Source: Sedimentisphaeraceae bacterium JB056 | GTDB taxonomy: Bacteria; Planctomycetota; Phycisphaerae; Sedimentisphaerales; Sedimentisphaeraceae | Direction of reading: 5' to 3' | NCBI GenBank assembly: GCA_044440125.1 | Contig: JBITAJ010000012.1 | Location: 249,164 to 313,163, forward strand | Length of the DNA stretch: 64,000 nucleotides | Shown here: positions 18,974-29,220 of the stretch, in pieces | How positions within the stretch are numbered: position 1 is the stretch's first letter | Layout of the letters: every line of letters begins with the position of its first letter | The notes under the pieces: model-generated | Database searches by the model: none | Seen by the model: the letters and a program-made list of their open reading frames with translations, nothing else | What the model was told of the DNA's origin: nothing | Made by a program: the position numbers and the translations under genes

Positions 18974-20764
18974 ATGAATCGTCGTGAAATGATAAAAGCA
19001 ACCGGTTTTTCGGTTGCTGCCGCGGTTTTAGGCGGATGCAGTGAGGAGTTGCTGTCTTTTAATAAAAAGAAGAAACCGAATGTTGTAATTGTGATTACGG
19101 ATGATCAGGGCTACGGTGATATGGGTTGCCATGGCAATACTAAGATTAAGACGCCTAATATTGACAGCCTATACAGCGAGAGCCTGCGTTTGAAGGATTA
19201 TCATGTCGGACCGACATGCGCGCCTACAAGATCGAGCCTGATGACGGGTAAGTATTGCAATACTGTTGGTGTATGGCATACTATAGCCGGTAGAAGCATC
19301 CTCAAAGAAGGACACCGAACTCTGCCGCAGGTTTTATCGGAAAACGGCTATGTTACAGGGCTTTTTGGCAAGTGGCATCTGGGAGATAATTACCCTTCAA
19401 GGCCGCAGGATCGGGGATTTGATGAGGTGCTTTGCCATGGCGGCGGCGGAGTGAGCCAGACACCTGATCACTGGAAAAATGACTATTTCAATGATATTTA
19501 TCTTCACAACGGCAAGCCTGAAAGATACGAGGGCTATTGTACTGAAGTGTGGTTTGATGGAGCCAAAAAGTTCATTGAGAAGAATCATGACAGGCCGTTT
19601 TTTGCTTATATTGCAACAAATGCTCCTCACAGCCCTTATCATGTCGATCCGAAATATGCTGAGCCTTACAGGAATGATCCGGATATACCTAATCCTGAAT
19701 TTTACGGTATGATCACTAATCTTGATGAAAATCTTGGCCGTTTTCTGAAATTTATGGATAATTCGGGGCTTAGAGAGGATACACTCTTTATATTTATGAC
19801 TGATAACGGTACCGCCGCGGGCTACCTTAAGGGTAAAGGATATAATGCGGGAATGCGAGGCAGAAAGGGCAGTGTTTATGACGGCGGACATCGAGTGCCA
19901 TGTTTTATGAGATATCCGGCTGAAAATATCGGCGGTGGGACTGACTTTACTGATATAACTTCGCATATCGATATAATGCCTACAATACTGGATTTTTGCG
20001 GTCTTGATGTTGAGGGTGAGTCTGTTGACGGTATTAGTCTGCTGCCTTACATTAAGAGTGGTAAGTCTTTGCCTGAAAGGGTCTTAGTAACAGATTCTCA
20101 GCGAATAGATATGCCTGAGAAATGGCGGGCGAGTGCTACTATGACTAACCGCTGGCGGCTGGTAAATGGTGAAGAACTTTATGATATAACTGCCGATCCA
20201 CGTCAGATGAATGATGTTGCGGCTGAAAATCCTGCTGTAGTTGAGTGGCTCCGAGGTGAATATGAGAAGTGGTGGGAGCACGTAAATGGTGATTTTGCAA
20301 ATTATGCCGAAATCGTGATTAATTCAGAATATGAGCCTGTTACGCTTTTGACTTGTCATGACTGGCACCCTGAGCCGTGCCCGTGGAATCAGAGGCAGAT
20401 AAGGCAGGGAAGGGCAGCTAACGGCAAGTGGTCTGTCCGTTTTGCTGCTGCCGGTGAGTATGAATTTGAGCTTCGCAGATGGCCAAGAGAGGCTGATGCT
20501 GCCATAGATGGCGTGGTTGAGCAGGGTAGTGTAGAGCCGGGAGTTGAGCAATGGCCCGAGGCCAAAGCGTTTGAGATTACGGGTGCTGAGCTTTGTGTTG
20601 GACAAAAGAAACTGGTTTCTGAAGTTGAATCGGGTCAAAAATGTGTGAAATTCAGGCATAAAGTAAGTGCCGGTTCTAATCTTATTGGCACGGAATTTAC
20701 CGGTAATAAAATCGAAAAATCATTGGGAGCATATTACGTCTACGTGACGAAAATTAGCGAATAA
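18974..20764 (+). CDS. Formylglycine-dependent (S1) sulfatase, Tat-exported, with C-terminal extension
   Basis: NRREMIK Tat motif and LGG-C; 'TDDQGYGD', CAPTR, GKWHLG, 'TDNG', 'GGHRVP'. Confidence 0.92.
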   Translation: MNRREMIKATGFSVAAAVLGGCSEELLSFNKKKKPNVVIVITDDQGYGDMGCHGNTKIKTPNIDSLYSESLRLKDYHVGPTCAPTRSSLMTGKYCNTVGVWHTIAGRSILKEGHRTLPQVLSENGYVTGLFGKWHLGDNYPSRPQDRGFDEVLCHGGGGVSQTPDHWKNDYFNDIYLHNGKPERYEGYCTEVWFDGAKKFIEKNHDRPFFAYIATNAPHSPYHVDPKYAEPYRNDPDIPNPEFYGMITNLDENLGRFLKFMDNSGLREDTLFIFMTDNGTAAGYLKGKGYNAGMRGRKGSVYDGGHRVPCFMRYPAENIGGGTDFTDITSHIDIMPTILDFCGLDVEGESVDGISLLPYIKSGKSLPERVLVTDSQRIDMPEKWRASATMTNRWRLVNGEELYDITADPRQMNDVAAENPAVVEWLRGEYEKWWEHVNGDFANYAEIVINSEYEPVTLLTCHDWHPEPCPWNQRQIRQGRAANGKWSVRFAAAGEYEFELRRWPREADAAIDGVVEQGSVEPGVEQWPEAKAFEITGAELCVGQKKLVSEVESGQKCVKFRHKVSAGSNLIGTEFTGNKIEKSLGAYYVYVTKISE

Positions 20765-20785
20765 GTAATGTCTACCTTGCCGCTC

Positions 20786-22096
20786 TTAAGGGGATAGCAA
20801 ACTGCGGTCTCCTAATAGTGGAGTAGCATACAATGGCCAGAACACGAGCTTTTGTTCTGGTAGTTCGTGGTACTTCCTGTTGGATACTACCCAGCCTTGT
20901 GGGCAATTGCTGTAAATATCAAGCATAGAATGTAGGCTACGCAATTTTCCTGATTTGCCTGCTTTTATTTCGATTGGGTAGATTATGCCGTCTTTGGTGG
21001 TTAGGTAATCGATTTCGGCGTTAGAGCTTTTTGAGTTACGTGACCAATAATGTAGTTGGTGGTTATGCCATGCTATCATCTCTTGTGCGACGAATTGTTC
21101 TGCAAGTTTACCTTTATAAATAGAAAGAAGGTCATTTCCCGCGATTTCGATGTCTACTCTAACTTCGCATAGTCGCTGTAATAGTCCGATATCTAACATT
21201 GAGGTCTTGAACTTTTTTCCGTTTGCTGATGCGCCAAGAGGCAGTCCTGATGGGTCGCATGCGGGAATTTTGTTTAGCAATCTGGCCTTGAATAATAGGT
21301 CAATAGCTTTTCGGTTTGTAGGGCCGGAGAATTCATCGCATAATCTACTGTATTTAATCTGCTCACCGGTAGATATTGCTACTTGTTGAAATACTGCTTC
21401 GAGGCATTCTATGTTGACACTGGGTTTGTATTTAGCGAAATCTTGTTTGTAAGCGGTGATTATTTCAGATTGAACTTTGAATGCTTCAATTTTCGAATGC
21501 GTATCCCTATAAACTTTTACGCACTCCGGCATGCCTCCAATGAAAAAATACTGCTTTAATTCCTCAAATATCATTTCGTTTGTCAATTCGGATGCGTTTT
21601 GTGGAGTCAGTGTTTTCTCTGCCATGGTCTCCTTATCAATCGCCAGTAGGTATTCGTAGAAGGTCATGGGATTCAGATGCAGGTATTGAACACGTCCGAC
21701 AGGTATTGAAATTTCTCCAAAAGCAAATTCCAAGAGAGACCCTGCGGCTACTACGTGGAGTTCCGGTATTTGCTCGTAGAAATAGCGAAGAGCCATAATT
21801 GCTCTTGGGCAGGCTTGGATTTCATCAATAAATAGCAGTGTTTTGCCTGGAATAATTCGTCCGGCTGTGAGTTCTATCGTTTCAAGAATTTTTAGTGGGT
21901 CGAGGTCGTTTTGGAATGCTTTGTGCAAGCTTCTTTGCTGTTCAAGGTCTATTTTGACGAAGTTGTCGAACTTTTTGGCTAAAAACTTCTCTACAAGCCA
22001 AGTTTTGCCGACTTGTCTTGCCCCTCTAATGATTAGAGGTTTTCGCCGTGATGAGTTTTTCCAGTCTAATATATTTTTTTCTGCTAATCGTCTCAT
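20786..22096 (-). CDS. AAA+ ATPase (AAA_14) with DUF4143 domain
   Basis: Walker A GARQVGKT, Walker B LLFIDEIQ, 'GGMPE', C-terminal 'AEIDY...PIEIKAG'. Confidence 0.9.
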   Translation of the reverse strand: MRRLAEKNILDWKNSSRRKPLIIRGARQVGKTWLVEKFLAKKFDNFVKIDLEQQRSLHKAFQNDLDPLKILETIELTAGRIIPGKTLLFIDEIQACPRAIMALRYFYEQIPELHVVAAGSLLEFAFGEISIPVGRVQYLHLNPMTFYEYLLAIDKETMAEKTLTPQNASELTNEMIFEELKQYFFIGGMPECVKVYRDTHSKIEAFKVQSEIITAYKQDFAKYKPSVNIECLEAVFQQVAISTGEQIKYSRLCDEFSGPTNRKAIDLLFKARLLNKIPACDPSGLPLGASANGKKFKTSMLDIGLLQRLCEVRVDIEIAGNDLLSIYKGKLAEQFVAQEMIAWHNHQLHYWSRNSKSSNAEIDYLTTKDGIIYPIEIKAGKSGKLRSLHSMLDIYSNCPQGWVVSNRKYHELPEQKLVFWPLYATPLLGDRSLLSP

Positions 22097-22136
22097 TATA
22101 GACCTCTTACAAAGCTTGTTTTAGAAATACAATAGT

Positions 22137-22165
22137 ATTATAGATCTGTTACTTTAGAAATACAA
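22137..22165 (-). promoter_or_regulatory. Sigma70 promoter of the AAA/DUF4143 gene
   Basis: Minus strand TTGTAT-17 bp-TATAAT, about 40 nt before the ATG. Confidence 0.65.
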
Positions 22166-22223
22166 CCCTTTTTTAGTGTTTTCGATTTAGTTTTTTCGGT
22201 TTTGTGTCGTTTAAGTTTAATCT

Positions 22224-22264
22224 TGTTCGGAAAATGGCTAAATGTAGTCGCATTTTGGCGTTGT
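22224..22264 (+). promoter_or_regulatory. Regulon box 3 (upstream of the prepilin-type gene)
   Basis: TGTTCGGAAAATGGCTAAATGTAGTCGCATTTTGGCGTTGT; TATAAT at 22284-22289. Confidence 0.85.
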
Positions 22265-22349
22265 GAGAATCTTCTTGTAAGTTTATAATTAATGCATATA
22301 TTAGATTCTTAGATTTTAGTTCTTTTTCAGGTGTGAAAGGCTTTACCTT

Positions 22350-23168
22350 ATGAAAGATAAAAAGGGTTTTACATTAATTGAGTTGCTTGTCGTTATATCA
22401 ATAATTGCGGTGCTTATGAGTATACTTATGCCGGCACTTGGCAAGGTAAGAGAGCAAGCAAAGGTTGCGATATGTAAGTCGAACTTGAGGCAGTGGGGCG
22501 TTGTAATGTTTAGTTATGCAGCCGATAATAATGGCTCATTTACTCAGGGGGATACAGAGGGCGGCGATATGATAGATAGATGGAATAATACCTGGCCTGT
22601 AACACTCAAATCTTATTATCAGGATGATGAAGATTTCATGCTGTGCGCATCTGCAACAAAATCTGAAGAAGAGAACGGGCAGTTTCCCAATATGGCCTGG
22701 AGTGTGGCTAAACATGGCACATTTATTCCCAAAGACGTTAAGGGCAGCTACGGCCTTAACTGGTGGATAAACAATGCCAGTCCTGATTTTGCAGGTGTTA
22801 TAAGTGGCGTACCATATCCAAAGGAATATTTCTGGCGTAAGTTAAGCAAAGTTAGTAACACTAGTAAGGTACCGATGTTTCTTGACAGTTGCTTTGTATA
22901 CGGCAGACCAATCGAAGCGTCAACCCTCAATGACCCTCCTCAGACTCCGATGGAGGTAGAAATGGGTATAAGACGTTTCTGTACGGATAGACATAACGGT
23001 ACTACAGACGGTGTTTTTGTTGATGGACATGCGGGTGGTATTGGTCTTAAAGAACTGTGGACTCTTCCATGGAGCAGAGGTTACAATACTAAAAACCGCT
23101 ACACTCTGGCTGGTGGAGCTACACCGGCTATCTGGCCCGAATGGATGCAGGGCTTGAAGGATTATTGA
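22350..23168 (+). CDS. Prepilin-type N-terminal cleavage/methylation protein with H-X9-DG motif (DUF1559-like)
   Basis: KKG|FTLIELLVVISIIAVLMSILMPAL...AICKSNLRQ; C-terminal RHNGTTDGVFVDGH. Confidence 0.92.
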   Translation: MKDKKGFTLIELLVVISIIAVLMSILMPALGKVREQAKVAICKSNLRQWGVVMFSYAADNNGSFTQGDTEGGDMIDRWNNTWPVTLKSYYQDDEDFMLCASATKSEEENGQFPNMAWSVAKHGTFIPKDVKGSYGLNWWINNASPDFAGVISGVPYPKEYFWRKLSKVSNTSKVPMFLDSCFVYGRPIEASTLNDPPQTPMEVEMGIRRFCTDRHNGTTDGVFVDGHAGGIGLKELWTLPWSRGYNTKNRYTLAGGATPAIWPEWMQGLKDY

Positions 23169-23180
23169 TATTGCTCACAC

Positions 23181-23222
23181 AAACGAGACCCCTGCATTTA
23201 ATGCTCGGGTCTCGTTTTTTTT
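23181..23222 (+). terminator. Rho-independent terminator
   Basis: AAACGAGACCC...GGGTCTCGTTT stem followed by a T-run. Confidence 0.85.
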
Positions 23223-23294
23223 ATATTTTGACAATTCGGCTCGGGCTGGTTGAATAGTGTTTCTGCATTTCATTTTAAGGAAAGACTACCTGCA

Positions 23295-26200
23295 ATGACT
23301 TTTGATAAGATTAAAAATTCAGCAGTTGCCTTGCTGTTCTCGTTAATTTTCTTTGGGCAGGTTTACGGAAGCTCAAGTGAAGAATCCGCGGCCCTTGTTA
23401 CATTGATCAATTATCAGGACAAGAGCGTTTGTGCCGGGAGCTGCGATATCAAAGCTGAAATGCTTTATGATGCTGTCGGTGTGGAGAAAAGTAAGCCCCT
23501 GAGATTTGAGAGTACAAACAGCAAAGAGTTTTATGCTACGCCTGTCGAAAATGATGGGGAGAGTTATGTACGCATATTTTATTCTCTCGAGCCTTTCGAG
23601 AGTGTTAAGCTTAAGGTAAGTGAAAGTGAAGAGTGGAGCGGTGAAGAAAGAAGCATCTACTCTACTTTTCAGAAAAATCTGGCTCAGGCGAGTCTCAGCA
23701 ATGGGATTATAAAGATAGATTATGACCACAGAGGCGGAAAAGATAAATGGGATCTTTCATTCAGTGACGGCAGCTCCGTTCTTAAGGATGTTGAGTATGT
23801 TTGTTTTTTTGATGACGATCCGATGCGCGGACGCACGCCGATAGATACTGCCCGCAAGCTTGGTCTGCCCGACAGTTATAACGGTCGTATCGTTGATATG
23901 AAAAGCGAGAGTTCTAACGGTGGGGCAAGTCTGAATATCACAAAAAAGTTTGACGGGATTGCTTCGGATATAGTGCTTAATGAAAGTTTTACACTAATAT
24001 CCGGTGAGCCTGTTTTAAGGTATGACCTGAATTATGCCAACAACGGTGACAAAAGTGTTTATCTTGCCTTTATTTTCTGGGAAGGCTGTGTTAAAGGGAA
24101 ATTCGGCGAGGCTCTTACCGGCAAGAAACTATTGAGCTGTCCGTGGGAGTTTGGGAGAGAGCAGATAGTTGATAAGTACAACAGGGTACTTCTGCGGTTT
24201 GGTCCCGGCTGGGCAGAGCCCAGAAGCTGGGCATCAATCGAGTCGGCAAGCGGAATGGGGCTTGGGATTACGACCACCAAAGAGCTTACCGAACATCATT
24301 ATCTCGGCGCATCGATATGGGTATTCGAGTGGGACACTTTCCAGTTCGATCTCACAGAGACGACAACCGGCTACTATCCAATCGAAATACCGGCAGGGGA
24401 AACAATAAATCTGGGGCTTTGCCTGAGCCCTTCACAGGCGGGGATGGATGCGAAATCACAGGTTGATAAAATTTTTGCCAAAGTTCGCGATGATGCAGTG
24501 GGGCAGGGACATTTTGAACTTGACAGCCCGGTTGCTGTAATTCTGGACGGCAGGATCAAAACTGCTGCACTTAACAACGGTGTGGCCGATCTTAAGGCTG
24601 ACGGCATGGCGATATGCGGCAGTAAAGATGCCGATAAGCAATTCTGGCCGCTTACTATTGCTACCAATCAGGAATATGTGTTGTCAGGAACCATCAGCGG
24701 TCTGGATAAAGATACGGAGGTGGCATTTTTATTGAAGTCGCTCACAGACGGCAAGTCTTCGGAATTAGTTCGTCTTTCAGTTGACGGCGATTTCAATGTT
24801 GAGCTTAGTAACAATACCGTTGATGGCGAGGAAGCGATTCTTGAGTTCAACGGCTCCTCTGCCGTTATAAAATCTTTGTCATTTATGAAGAGGGTGCCTC
24901 ACAGTCCGGTGGTAACTTCCCCGTTTGACGGCCAAAGTATTACGGATATCGCTTCGTTTTTCAGATGGAAGAGTGTTAAAGGCGTTCAGGAATACGAGTT
25001 TCAGATCGGACGCGATAAAGAATTTGAAAGTGCCCAGAGTAAAAATATTTCGTTCATCGGCAACCTGCCTCATTATATGCCGCAGGAACCGTTGGCAGCG
25101 GGAAAATGGTATTGGCGGGTTCGTGCTGTTGCTCGTGACGGTCGAAACGGTGACTGGTCGCAGACGCAAAGTATTGACGTAAGCAACGATCATTCCTTTA
25201 AAGAACTTATCAGGCCTATAACGCCGCAAATGCCGTTGTTCAGCCTTGAAGCGTGGCGAGTGCGCGATCTTGAATATTTCAAGGATACCCTGCCGGATGA
25301 TTTGAAGCCTTACTGTGCGGTGGCGGTTAATTATACCGGCGATTATATGCTGCATAAAAAAGAGTTTGAGGAATACTTCGAGCCGACCAAAAAATATGAT
25401 ATTCCAATTTTGATCGAGACTAACAGCCCGATGGGAATAAACGATCAGTTCCCTTCCCTTGCGGAAGTCGAGTGGCTTTTCCAGAATTATCCCAACGTGA
25501 TCGGTGCCTATGGCGGCGAGAATATGCAGGGGATTATTTCCAATCTGCCGTACGTAAGAAACCTGCTTTTGCTTTGTGCCAAATATGGCCGCCATTTTAT
25601 GCAGGGCGATGGCAACTACAGCGAGGTTAAGCTTCATAAGGTTGCATCAGATGCCGATGCTATGGAACTTATGAAAAAATGCAGCAAGTATATAACGCTT
25701 GCTCAGAAGAATAATATCTGGCATATGCAGTATGTGACGCAAAGCTCCATAATGGGTATGTGGCTTGCCGGAGTGGTTGGGCATACCGGAAGCTGGGAAG
25801 ACGGCGGCTGGTATTGGGAACAGGTCGGCATGCGTGAGCTTGGACAGTGGTACGGCAGACGAAGCGGAGAGCTTGAAGATATGCCGCCTATTTTCTGGGT
25901 TCTTACATGGATACACGGGATCAACAGCGGCAGCACGGTCCTGTTCGCAGAGGGCCAGCCCGGCTCTACGATAGACCTCTACAGCCCCAATCCGTTTAAG
26001 AAGATCCCAAACGCTATCTGGGACAACAAGGGCAATACTACTGAGGTGTTCACAAGATACGTTGAGCCGTTTTTGCGGGCGGTTGCCGAACATCAGCTTG
26101 TGCCTACAAAAGAAGAAGTGCTTGAGGATGTTAAGCTGGCAGTGCTTCAGGATAAGCCGCATGAAAAGGAAGTTTACAGCGAGCAGCAATTCTACGGCCC

Positions 26201-26813
26201 GTATACCGCTCTTTACAGCAGCACTTACGGCTTTGATCAGAAGGGTGCGGATATTTATGAGTATTTTCCGAATACCGGTAGATATTATTATTTCCCTCTG
26301 CTGTCATATGGCACCGGTGAATTAAAACGAGCTGACGGCAGCGAAGTGCCGCAGGTTAAGATGTCGGAGATGACCGATGAAAAGAAAGTGAAAGAGGCTT
26401 TTGATAATGCGTATGAAAAAGAGTATGAGGGTGATGCACTGGTAACTATGCCGGGCGATAAGGTGTTTATAATCAATACCAATGAAAACAAGGATATCAC
26501 GCAGAGTTACAGGATAAAAAATCCGGGCAATACAAAATTACTCTCACTTGAAGGCAAGATCGGCCCGCATGCTTATCTTATAGGCAAGGGAGAGAATGAC
26601 GGCAGAAGTTTCTGGATGCAAGCCAATACCGCTTATCCTGACAGGGACACGGAATTGAAATTTGGATGCATTGCTGAGCCGGATGTTAAAGTTGTGCCGG
26701 CATCGGCATTGATCAAAAGTCAGTGGGACAAAAAGACAGGTGCTCTTGATATAATGTTGTCGCACGCAGAAGGTGCCGTTGAGGTTACGATATCAGTTGA
26801 AGGATTGAAATGA
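23295..26813 (+). CDS. Secreted GH98-like glycoside hydrolase with a large unknown N-terminal region and an Fn3-like module
   Basis: Signal peptide from ATG 23295; GH98-type motifs 'GGEN', 'CAKYG', 'QKN', 'GMWLAG', 'WYW', 'VPTKEEV', 'NTGRY', 'NTNEN'. Confidence 0.7.
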   Translation: MTFDKIKNSAVALLFSLIFFGQVYGSSSEESAALVTLINYQDKSVCAGSCDIKAEMLYDAVGVEKSKPLRFESTNSKEFYATPVENDGESYVRIFYSLEPFESVKLKVSESEEWSGEERSIYSTFQKNLAQASLSNGIIKIDYDHRGGKDKWDLSFSDGSSVLKDVEYVCFFDDDPMRGRTPIDTARKLGLPDSYNGRIVDMKSESSNGGASLNITKKFDGIASDIVLNESFTLISGEPVLRYDLNYANNGDKSVYLAFIFWEGCVKGKFGEALTGKKLLSCPWEFGREQIVDKYNRVLLRFGPGWAEPRSWASIESASGMGLGITTTKELTEHHYLGASIWVFEWDTFQFDLTETTTGYYPIEIPAGETINLGLCLSPSQAGMDAKSQVDKIFAKVRDDAVGQGHFELDSPVAVILDGRIKTAALNNGVADLKADGMAICGSKDADKQFWPLTIATNQEYVLSGTISGLDKDTEVAFLLKSLTDGKSSELVRLSVDGDFNVELSNNTVDGEEAILEFNGSSAVIKSLSFMKRVPHSPVVTSPFDGQSITDIASFFRWKSVKGVQEYEFQIGRDKEFESAQSKNISFIGNLPHYMPQEPLAAGKWYWRVRAVARDGRNGDWSQTQSIDVSNDHSFKELIRPITPQMPLFSLEAWRVRDLEYFKDTLPDDLKPYCAVAVNYTGDYMLHKKEFEEYFEPTKKYDIPILIETNSPMGINDQFPSLAEVEWLFQNYPNVIGAYGGENMQGIISNLPYVRNLLLLCAKYGRHFMQGDGNYSEVKLHKVASDADAMELMKKCSKYITLAQKNNIWHMQYVTQSSIMGMWLAGVVGHTGSWEDGGWYWEQVGMRELGQWYGRRSGELEDMPPIFWVLTWIHGINSGSTVLFAEGQPGSTIDLYSPNPFKKIPNAIWDNKGNTTEVFTRYVEPFLRAVAEHQLVPTKEEVLEDVKLAVLQDKPHEKEVYSEQQFYGPYTALYSSTYGFDQKGADIYEYFPNTGRYYYFPLLSYGTGELKRADGSEVPQVKMSEMTDEKKVKEAFDNAYEKEYEGDALVTMPGDKVFIINTNENKDITQSYRIKNPGNTKLLSLEGKIGPHAYLIGKGENDGRSFWMQANTAYPDRDTELKFGCIAEPDVKVVPASALIKSQWDKKTGALDIMLSHAEGAVEVTISVEGLK

Positions 26814-28180
26814 AAAAAACGATATTATTGCTTATATGCTTTTTAGCAGCTTTTGCATCAGCGGCAAACTTCAGACAGTTTGAAGATGGCGAGAGGGTGT
26901 GCTTTGTCGGCGACAGCATAACCCACGGCGGCAGTTACCACACGTTCATATATTTATTCTATGCGACTCGTTTCCCTGACAGGGATATAAGGATGTATAA
27001 CTGCGGGGTTGCCGGTGATACGGCCGAAGGGACGATAAGACGCTTTGAATGGGATGTTGAACCTAAGCATCCGACGATTGCGACCGTTATGCTTGGAATG
27101 AATGATGTCGGGCGTGATAATTACGGTTTGCAGGAGCCAACGCCCGAGCAGATCAATGCAAGAGAGGACAAGCTTGCTTCTTATGCCGAAAATATGGATA
27201 TGCTTTGTTCGATGCTGCGGGATGAAGATGCCGAGCTCATAATTATAGGCCCCTCTATCTATGATCAGAGTGCCAATATCGAAAGAGAAAATCTTTTTGG
27301 CGTCAATGATGCTTTGATAAAATGCGTGAATTACTGCCGTGATCTTGCCGGGAAATTTGATGCCGGTTTTGTCGATTTCAATGCGCCTCTGCTGTTGATA
27401 AATAATAAGTATCAGAAATCGGATGCTTCTTTTACTATTGTCGGTCAGGACAGGGTTCATCCCGGACGTGAAGGTCATTTTGTTATGGCGGCTGTCTTTC
27501 TGGAAGCTCAGAATGTCGGCGAGTATGTTTCAAAGACAATGATAGATGTTGATGCGGGTAATTCCGATACTGTTAACTGCGAACTTTCGTCATTGAAAAT
27601 ATCTGATGAGGGGGTTGAGTATCAGTGTAAAGAATATGCGTTGCCGTTTCCCGCAAAAGCGGCGATTGAATCTCCGGAGAAGTTTGTTGATTTCAGCGAA
27701 CGATTTAATAAAGAAATGATTGTTGTTAACGGTCTTAAAGCCGGTGAATATGAACTGCTTATAGATGATGTTGCGGTCGGCAGTTATAATGACCAGGATT
27801 TGGCGGCAGGCATAGATATATCCGGTAATGAAAAAACGCCTCAATATAAACAGGCAGTGAGTGTTTATGAAGCGAATGCAGAAAGAGCGGCGACAAGTTA
27901 TGTACTCAGATCGCTTGCGCATGTGGAACATCAGATGCTTAAGAGTGCGGTTGTGTACCCTGACGAAATCGATGATATAAAACCAAAGCTTGCTTTGAAG
28001 ATCAAAGAGGCGGAGGGTAAGTCGTGGTATAATTATTATGTCGGTCAGGTTCAGAGATATTTTGAGAACAAGCCGCATGAAAAAGAATACAAGGATAAAG
28101 TTGAAAAGCTTATTGACCAGATGTATGAGATCAATAAACCGGTGAGTCATAGATTTGTCATAAAACGGCTTCCTTCTTAA
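26810..28180 (+). CDS. Secreted SGNH/GDSL esterase
   Basis: 'FVGDSIT', 'GVAGD', 'LGMND', 'DRVHP'. Confidence 0.9.
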   Translation: MKKTILLLICFLAAFASAANFRQFEDGERVCFVGDSITHGGSYHTFIYLFYATRFPDRDIRMYNCGVAGDTAEGTIRRFEWDVEPKHPTIATVMLGMNDVGRDNYGLQEPTPEQINAREDKLASYAENMDMLCSMLRDEDAELIIIGPSIYDQSANIERENLFGVNDALIKCVNYCRDLAGKFDAGFVDFNAPLLLINNKYQKSDASFTIVGQDRVHPGREGHFVMAAVFLEAQNVGEYVSKTMIDVDAGNSDTVNCELSSLKISDEGVEYQCKEYALPFPAKAAIESPEKFVDFSERFNKEMIVVNGLKAGEYELLIDDVAVGSYNDQDLAAGIDISGNEKTPQYKQAVSVYEANAERAATSYVLRSLAHVEHQMLKSAVVYPDEIDDIKPKLALKIKEAEGKSWYNYYVGQVQRYFENKPHEKEYKDKVEKLIDQMYEINKPVSHRFVIKRLPS

Positions 28181-28210
28181 ATAAATAATTTGGAAAACAG
28201 CAGGTAACTT

Positions 28211-29212
28211 ATGAATTTTGAAAATATGCTGAAAAAAGTTCCGAACAATGCAGTCCTTACTCAGGACCAATGGTGGGTATGGGGGGCATCGATGGTTCGC
28301 GATGATAAGGGCAGGTGCCACTTGTTTTATTCACGCTGGCCGAAAGAGACGGGCTTTCAAAGCTGGGTTACTCATTCGCAAGTGGCTCATGCGGTAAGTG
28401 ATAATGAACTTGGGCCCTATGAGTATGTTTCTGAGGCATTACCTGCAAGAGGAAAGCAATTCTGGGACGGTGATTGTACTCACAATCCTACCGTTCATAA
28501 GTTTGCCGGTAAGTATTACATTTATTATATGGGTAATCGCGGCGATTCGGTTATAGAGCCTGATCCGACAAATCTTAACTGGACGCATCGCAACAATCAG
28601 AGGATAGGTGTTGCGGTTGCTGATGATCCTAATGGCCCATGGCAGAGATTTGATGAGCCTGTTATCGATGTCAGTGAAGATAATGATGCACCGGATTCAC
28701 TGTGCATTGCCAATCCTTCTGTAACGCAGACGCCTGACGGTCGTTTTCTGATGGTTTATAAGTCGGTTGCGAGTAAGAGGCCGATGCCTTTTGGCGGGCC
28801 GGTTTCTCATATGGTTGCTTTTGCCGATAAGCCCGAAGGCCCGTTTGTTAAAGATAAACGTGAGGTGTTTACCTGTGAAGGAATTGATTTCCCCGCCGAA
28901 GACCCCTTTATCTGGTATAGCCGTGAAGATGAAATGTATTATGCGATAGTCAAAGATATGAAGGGCAGCTTTACGGGTGCCGGAACATCTCTTGCTTTGT
29001 TCTGCAGTGCTGACGGCATCGACTGGAAAGCAGCGGATCATCCTTTGGCAGGCAAGCTTGAAATCAACTGGGAAAACGGTGTGCAGAAAGTTGCAAGGCT
29101 GGAGAGGCCGCAGCTTTGGCTCGAAGAGGGAAGGCCTTCGGTATTGTTTGCCGCGGTTATGGATCTTGATGGAAATACCTTTAACGTACACATTCCGCTT
29201 TGCACGAATTAA
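28211..29212 (+). CDS. Five-bladed beta-propeller glycoside hydrolase (GH43/GH117-like clan), no signal peptide
   Basis: 'WVWGAS', 'HLFYSRWP', 'HNPTV', 'NPSV', 'EDPFIW', 'ERPQL'. Confidence 0.75.
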   Translation: MNFENMLKKVPNNAVLTQDQWWVWGASMVRDDKGRCHLFYSRWPKETGFQSWVTHSQVAHAVSDNELGPYEYVSEALPARGKQFWDGDCTHNPTVHKFAGKYYIYYMGNRGDSVIEPDPTNLNWTHRNNQRIGVAVADDPNGPWQRFDEPVIDVSEDNDAPDSLCIANPSVTQTPDGRFLMVYKSVASKRPMPFGGPVSHMVAFADKPEGPFVKDKREVFTCEGIDFPAEDPFIWYSREDEMYYAIVKDMKGSFTGAGTSLALFCSADGIDWKAADHPLAGKLEINWENGVQKVARLERPQLWLEEGRPSVLFAAVMDLDGNTFNVHIPLCTN

Positions 29213-29220
29213 AGAAGAAT

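Noticed and set aside
23228..23258. TTGACA upstream of the first GH98-like gene as a promoter
   Set aside because: No acceptable -10 at 16-18 bp spacing; how this operon is transcribed past the terminator at 23181 remains unresolved
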